From Candidatus Saccharimonadia bacterium (GTDB taxonomy: Bacteria; Patescibacteriota; Saccharimonadia; UBA4664), in assembly GCA_038244585.1 (NCBI GenBank), contig JBBRTI010000002.1, positions 258 to 64,257 of the forward strand: DNA of 64,000 bases, written 5' to 3'. Position numbers and translations under genes: made by a program. This document shows, one piece after another, positions 59,446 to 64,000 of the stretch (position 1 is the first letter of the stretch; each line of letters starts with the position of its first letter). The notes below the pieces were generated by a model, which worked only from the letters and a program-made list of their open reading frames with translations, had not been told where the DNA came from and did no database searches.

Positions 59446-60462
59446 ATGACTACCAATTTATCAGATGTAACAATCCAGATAGACCGCCTGAAAGAGCTCG
59501 TTGACGGTAGCACTACTATTTTGGTGCTTCAGCCCGACAGCCCTGACGGCGACAGTATGTGGACCGCCCTAGGGCTGGAAGAGATTTTATCCGACCTGGG
59601 TAAGCAGGTGGTGATGTACAGCTACAAGGAAGCCGAGCCTTATTTGCGCGTCTACGAAGGCTGGGACCGGGTAGGCCAGGATTTCCCACGCGCCTTTGAT
59701 TTTACAATCCTGGTTGATACGGGCTCACCCTCGCTGATTAAATCGACGCTCGAGCACCACCAGGCCAAATTACTGACTAAGCCTGTTGTTATAATTGACC
59801 ATCATGCATCACGCCAGCCATTCGGCTTTGATACTATCGACATCGTCTTTGAAGCGGTTGCCACGGCAGAACAGGTGACAGCCATCGCTCTGGAGGCAGG
59901 CTGGGACATAAATGAGCCGGCCGCCTACAAATTGACGGCGGCCATCCTGAGTGACTCGCTTAACTTGACGACCAGCGGTACCACCTCGCAAACGGTGCAG
60001 ATGGTGGCCGAACTCACCAAACGCGGAGCCAATTTGGGCGAAATCAACCGTATCCGCCGCGAGTCCTCGGCGCTGACGTCGGAGCAGGTCCATCTCAAGG
60101 GGCAATTGCTGAGTTCCGTTGAATACCTTTGCAACGGCCGTCTGGCGGTTGCGCAGATTCCTCCACTTGTCGTCGCCGGTAATACCGAGAAGTTCGAGCC
60201 GTACAATATGATCATCAGCGAGATGCAGTGGACCCAGGACGTGGAGCTGGTGGCCGTTTTCAAGGACTATGGTACCAAAATCAACGTGCCCATGCGCTCG
60301 GTCTACGGACTCGCCGGCCCGATGGCCGAAAAGATGGGCGGCGGCGGCCACCCGAACGCCGGTGCTTACCGCTGCGACACTGTCGACTACGAGGCCGAAA
60401 AGCTCAAGCTGGTCGAGGCCTTCCTGGCTTATAAACAAGAGACGACAAATGCGATTTCATAA
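59446..60462 (+). CDS. nrnA: DHH-family phosphoesterase (NrnA-like)
   Basis: PDGDS, VD, IDHH, GGGHPNA. Confidence 0.85.
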   Translation: MTTNLSDVTIQIDRLKELVDGSTTILVLQPDSPDGDSMWTALGLEEILSDLGKQVVMYSYKEAEPYLRVYEGWDRVGQDFPRAFDFTILVDTGSPSLIKSTLEHHQAKLLTKPVVIIDHHASRQPFGFDTIDIVFEAVATAEQVTAIALEAGWDINEPAAYKLTAAILSDSLNLTTSGTTSQTVQMVAELTKRGANLGEINRIRRESSALTSEQVHLKGQLLSSVEYLCNGRLAVAQIPPLVVAGNTEKFEPYNMIISEMQWTQDVELVAVFKDYGTKINVPMRSVYGLAGPMAEKMGGGGHPNAGAYRCDTVDYEAEKLKLVEAFLAYKQETTNAIS

Positions 60463-61891
60463 CACTCTGACTAGAACCACAACGGACTTCACTCCGCAAA
60501 CGCCCGGCAGTGTCAGCTTGTATACCTGCGGCCCGACGGTGTACGACTTCGCCCACATCGGCAACCTACGGGCATTCATCTTTGATGATATGCTGCGCCG
60601 AACGCTGGCGAGCGAATTCAAAGTCAAACACGTCATGAATATCACCGACGTTGGCCATCTGGTCGGTGACGATGACGATTCCGGCGAAGATAAGTTTGAA
60701 AAAGGCGCCGCTCGTGAGGGTTTGTCCGTCTGGGACGTCGCCGCTCGCTATACGGAAGCCTTCAAACGCGACGCCGCCTCGATGAATATCCTGCCGCCCA
60801 ACGGCTACCAGGATACTGAGGCCGGTGACACCTATGCCCGGGCGACCAAGTTTATTGACACCCAAATTGAGATAGTCCAGCTTTTACTCGATCGCGGCCA
60901 CGCCTACCGGACCGAGCAGGCCATATACTTCGATGTCACGAGCCTGCCGTCCTACGGCGAGCTAAGCGGCCAGAAACTGGCTGATAAGGCTGTAGCGGTT
61001 CGTACGGAGGTTATAACGGACCCTGACAAGCGTCATCCCTTCGATTTCTCCGTCTGGTTCTTTACGGTCGGCCATTACGCCGACCACACCATGCACTGGC
61101 CAAGCCCCTGGGGCGAGGGTTTTCCGGGCTGGCACCTAGAGTGCTCGGCCATCATCCACGCGACTCTCGGCGACCCGATCGACATTCACACCGGCGGCGT
61201 CGACCACATCGGCACCCACCACGCCAACGAAATGGCGCAGACGGAAGCCGCCTTTGGCCACGCTTTGTCGCAGCGTTGGATGCACAACGAGTTTATCCTG
61301 GTCGACGGCACCAAGATGAGCAAATCAAAAGGTAATTATTACACCCTGGCCGACCTGACCGCCAAAGGCTTCCACCCCTTAAGCTACCGCTTGTTGTGCC
61401 TGCAGGCCCACTACCGTTCCGAGCTTAACTTCACTCTGGAGTCGTTGGAGTCGGCGCAAAAGACGCTCATCAACCTCTACGGTTGGGCCGATCTGCGGCA
61501 TCAGACCAACCTGAGCGAGTTCCAATTGCAACCAGGTGACACCGAGGCCTTCCTTGGCCGGGTCAAAGCCGCTTTGGGCGACGATCTGGCGACGCCGGTT
61601 GCCTTGGCCGAGGTCTTCAAGCAGACCTTGGTGCTGACGCCCGGCATGCGCTACGACGACGAAGACGCCGAGCAGATTCTGACCGGCCTGGACGATCTGC
61701 TGGGCCTCCAGCTAAACGGCCGGCCCGACATCGATGAGGCCGCCAAGGCTATCATCGCCGAACGCCAAACGGCCCGGCAGGCCCGCGACTGGGCCCGCGC
61801 CGACGTGCTGCGCACCAAACTGCAGAAGCAGGGCCTGGACGTCGACGATACCCCCAACGGCCCCCGCTGGCGCCGCATTACTTTAATTTAG
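60449..61891 (+). CDS. cysS: Cysteinyl-tRNA synthetase
   Basis: CGPTVY..AHIGN, PGWHLECS, KMSKS; ATG at 60449. Confidence 0.97.
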   Translation: MRFHNTLTRTTTDFTPQTPGSVSLYTCGPTVYDFAHIGNLRAFIFDDMLRRTLASEFKVKHVMNITDVGHLVGDDDDSGEDKFEKGAAREGLSVWDVAARYTEAFKRDAASMNILPPNGYQDTEAGDTYARATKFIDTQIEIVQLLLDRGHAYRTEQAIYFDVTSLPSYGELSGQKLADKAVAVRTEVITDPDKRHPFDFSVWFFTVGHYADHTMHWPSPWGEGFPGWHLECSAIIHATLGDPIDIHTGGVDHIGTHHANEMAQTEAAFGHALSQRWMHNEFILVDGTKMSKSKGNYYTLADLTAKGFHPLSYRLLCLQAHYRSELNFTLESLESAQKTLINLYGWADLRHQTNLSEFQLQPGDTEAFLGRVKAALGDDLATPVALAEVFKQTLVLTPGMRYDDEDAEQILTGLDDLLGLQLNGRPDIDEAAKAIIAERQTARQARDWARADVLRTKLQKQGLDVDDTPNGPRWRRITLI

Positions 61892-61900
61892 GACTATTTT

Positions 61901-63679
61901 GTGAAAGATTTTACCAAAGTCATCAGTTATAGCTGGTCGCTCAAGCGTTATTACCTGAGTATCGCAGCTTTTGTTGTGGTCTTGTCGTTGTTGACGCAGG
62001 CAAATCCGTTTCTAATCAAGTTCATCGTCGATGGGTTGCAAAGAGTAAATACGCCCTCAGCACCAGGGACGGGCTATTTTGTCGGCCTGATTGCCGCCAT
62101 TTTGGTAATCGGACTTATAATGGCCGTGTTATCGAACATCCAAGGCTATATCGGGGACCGGCTGGGCGCCCGTCTTAGCACTTTCCTCTCGCAGCGATAT
62201 TACGACCATATTCTTTCGTTGCCGCTGGAATACTATGACAATGAAGTAGCCGGTCGCATAACTAGCCGGCTTGAGCGTAGTATTGTGACTGTCAGCCAGC
62301 TGATGAACAATTTCGCCAACAATTTTATCGGTATGATTTTGAGCGTGCTGATTTCACTGGCTATTATCGCGTATTACGCTTGGCCGGTGGCTCTGCTTAT
62401 TATCGTTCTGATTCCGCTATATCTGTGGCTGACGTCGTTATCCAGCAAACAGTGGCAGCAGCACCAGGATGTCATCAACAAGGATACCGACACGAACAAC
62501 GGCCGCTTCATTGAAGCCATCGGTCAGATCCGCGTCGTCAAAAGTTTCGTGCAGGAACTGGCTGAAAGTCGATTTTTTGCCGACAGGCGCCAGGCAATAG
62601 AACGTGAAACCCGTGTCCAGTCGTTCGGTTGGCACATTTACGATATCATCAGGCAGGCCAGCTTGGCGGTAATCATGATGGGTGTCTACGGCTACATCAC
62701 CTGGCAGGCTGCGATTGGTCGCCTGAGCATCGGCGAGTTCGTCTTACTACTTCAACTGATAGTGGCGGCGCAGTGGCCATTGTATAGCGCCTCGTTCGTT
62801 ATTGGGGCGCTCCAACGGGCTCAGGCCGGCTCCAAGGACTTCTTTGACGTTATGGAGACCAAGCCCAGTATCATCGACGTTCCGGAGGCCACCGATCTAA
62901 GGGTTACAGAAGGCCGCGTGAGCTTCGACGGCATCAAATTTAATTACACCGACGGCAACACGGTGATGGACGGGGTCAGCTTTGACATCGAACCCGGGAC
63001 CAAAGTCGCCCTAGTGGGTGAGAGCGGGGAAGGCAAAACCACCATAACCAACCTTTTGCTGCGGTTTTACGCTCTGTCTGGCGGCCGTATCGCCATTGAC
63101 GGTCAGGATATAGCCCACGTCACCCAAGCCTCGTTACGCCGCCAGATTGGTGTCGTCTTTCAAGAGCCGAACCTATTCTCGGGTACTATTCGCGACAACA
63201 TCGCCTACGGTACGGCAGAGGCCAGCGATGATGCGGTCCGCATCGCCGCCCGGGCAGCCAACGCGGACGGCTTTATAGTCAAACTTCCCAAAGGCTATGA
63301 CAGCGAAATAGGCGAGCGTGGAGTAAAGTTATCCGGCGGCCAGAAACAGCGTATCGCCATTGCCCGCGCCATTCTAAAAGACCCGCCCATATTGATCTTG
63401 GACGAGGCCACCAGTTCGCTCGATTCGCGCAGCGAACATGAAGTCCAGCTGGCTTTGGCGAGCCTGATGAAAGGCCGCACTACGCTCATTATTGCTCACC
63501 GCCTGTCGACCATCGCCTCGGTCGACAAGATCGTCGGTATCAGCGGGGGCAAAATCGCCGAAGAGGGCTCACCGCACGAGCTGGCTCTGGGTGAGGGCAT
63601 TTACGCCGAGCTTCTGGCTCTCCAGCAGCCCACGGCGGCCAACAAGGCTAAACTTAAACGCTACGAACTAGCTCGATAA
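61901..63679 (+). CDS. ABC exporter, fused permease/ATPase (MsbA-like)
   Basis: 6 TMs; GESGEGKTT; LSGGQ; ILDEATS; AHRLST. Confidence 0.95.
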   Translation: MKDFTKVISYSWSLKRYYLSIAAFVVVLSLLTQANPFLIKFIVDGLQRVNTPSAPGTGYFVGLIAAILVIGLIMAVLSNIQGYIGDRLGARLSTFLSQRYYDHILSLPLEYYDNEVAGRITSRLERSIVTVSQLMNNFANNFIGMILSVLISLAIIAYYAWPVALLIIVLIPLYLWLTSLSSKQWQQHQDVINKDTDTNNGRFIEAIGQIRVVKSFVQELAESRFFADRRQAIERETRVQSFGWHIYDIIRQASLAVIMMGVYGYITWQAAIGRLSIGEFVLLLQLIVAAQWPLYSASFVIGALQRAQAGSKDFFDVMETKPSIIDVPEATDLRVTEGRVSFDGIKFNYTDGNTVMDGVSFDIEPGTKVALVGESGEGKTTITNLLLRFYALSGGRIAIDGQDIAHVTQASLRRQIGVVFQEPNLFSGTIRDNIAYGTAEASDDAVRIAARAANADGFIVKLPKGYDSEIGERGVKLSGGQKQRIAIARAILKDPPILILDEATSSLDSRSEHEVQLALASLMKGRTTLIIAHRLSTIASVDKIVGISGGKIAEEGSPHELALGEGIYAELLALQQPTAANKAKLKRYELAR

Positions 63680-63706
63680 TAACGAAATTAGACTGTGTGG
63701 ACGGTC

Positions 63707-64000
63707 TTAGGCTTTATTGCTGATGGGGCTATGGGCGGGTAGCTTACCAATCCGGTGCAAATAGATATCCTTGACCAGAATTTGCAAACTGGCCGTAACT
63801 GGTATGGCAATAAGAGCGCCTAGGATACCCCCGATAGCCGTGCCAAGTAATACTGATATGAAGACGAGCAGTGGTGAGATGGAGACGGTCTTGTTAAAGA
63901 TAACCGGCTGGATGACATTGTTCTCAATCTGCTGATAGATAGTGAAGAAGACAGCCATGATAATGGCGTCGCTGACTGAGGTGAAGAGGGTCACAAGTAC
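63707..64000 (-). CDS. AI-2E family transporter, 5'-truncated
   Basis: QQIENN.I.P......SPL; GGILGALIAIP. Confidence 0.88.
   Translation of the reverse strand, partial: VLVTLFTSVSDAIIMAVFFTIYQQIENNVIQPVIFNKTVSISPLLVFISVLLGTAIGGILGALIAIPVTASLQILVKDIYLHRIGKLPAHSPISNKA

Noticed and set aside
60269-60448. 60-aa N-terminal extension of CysS
   Set aside because: It overlaps the nrnA coding region; the canonical start is MRFHNTLTR at 60449.
1-64000. CRISPR array, tRNA, rRNA, IS elements, DGR template repeat/reverse transcriptase
   Set aside because: No spaced direct repeats, cloverleaf/TpsiC motifs, transposase or RT motifs were recognised by eye.

Overview
Bacterial chromosomal window using the standard genetic code (TGA is a stop). 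It is most consistent with a high-GC Patescibacteria/CPR (Saccharibacteria-like) genome. This is inferred from the short GAD-less AspS, N-terminally extended L1, RRM proteins, split rplKA/rplJL and GT39/GtrA genes. The first ~33 kb are accessory: (i) the 3' end of a gene resembling a diversity-generating-retroelement (DGR) variable protein, followed by GC-rich hairpins; (ii) a RiPP-like locus of a frameshifted radical SAM/SPASM gene, an unannotated 32-aa peptide ending CSCSGSDDNPH, a hairpin and a GNAT; (iii) a copper-resistance operon; (iv) an ApbE/ferric-reductase/FNR flavinylation module; (v) two RRM genes; (vi) a ~15-kb monoderm-type (Tcp-like) type IV secretion cluster with three peptidoglycan-hydrolase genes and a MinD-like/LysM fusion, but no relaxase, coupling protein or integrase in the window. 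The rest is mostly housekeeping: trxB, aspS, typA, secE-nusG-rplK-rplA, rplJ-rplL, dnaX, dnaB, ybaB-recR, nrnA, cysS and an ABC exporter. A convergent nucleotidyltransferase/dCMP deaminase/HIT/divergent ThyA cassette sits between rplA and rplJ, and a glycosylation cassette lies between dnaB and ybaB. No tRNA, rRNA, CRISPR or transposase was seen. All family calls come from motif recognition by eye, not database searches.
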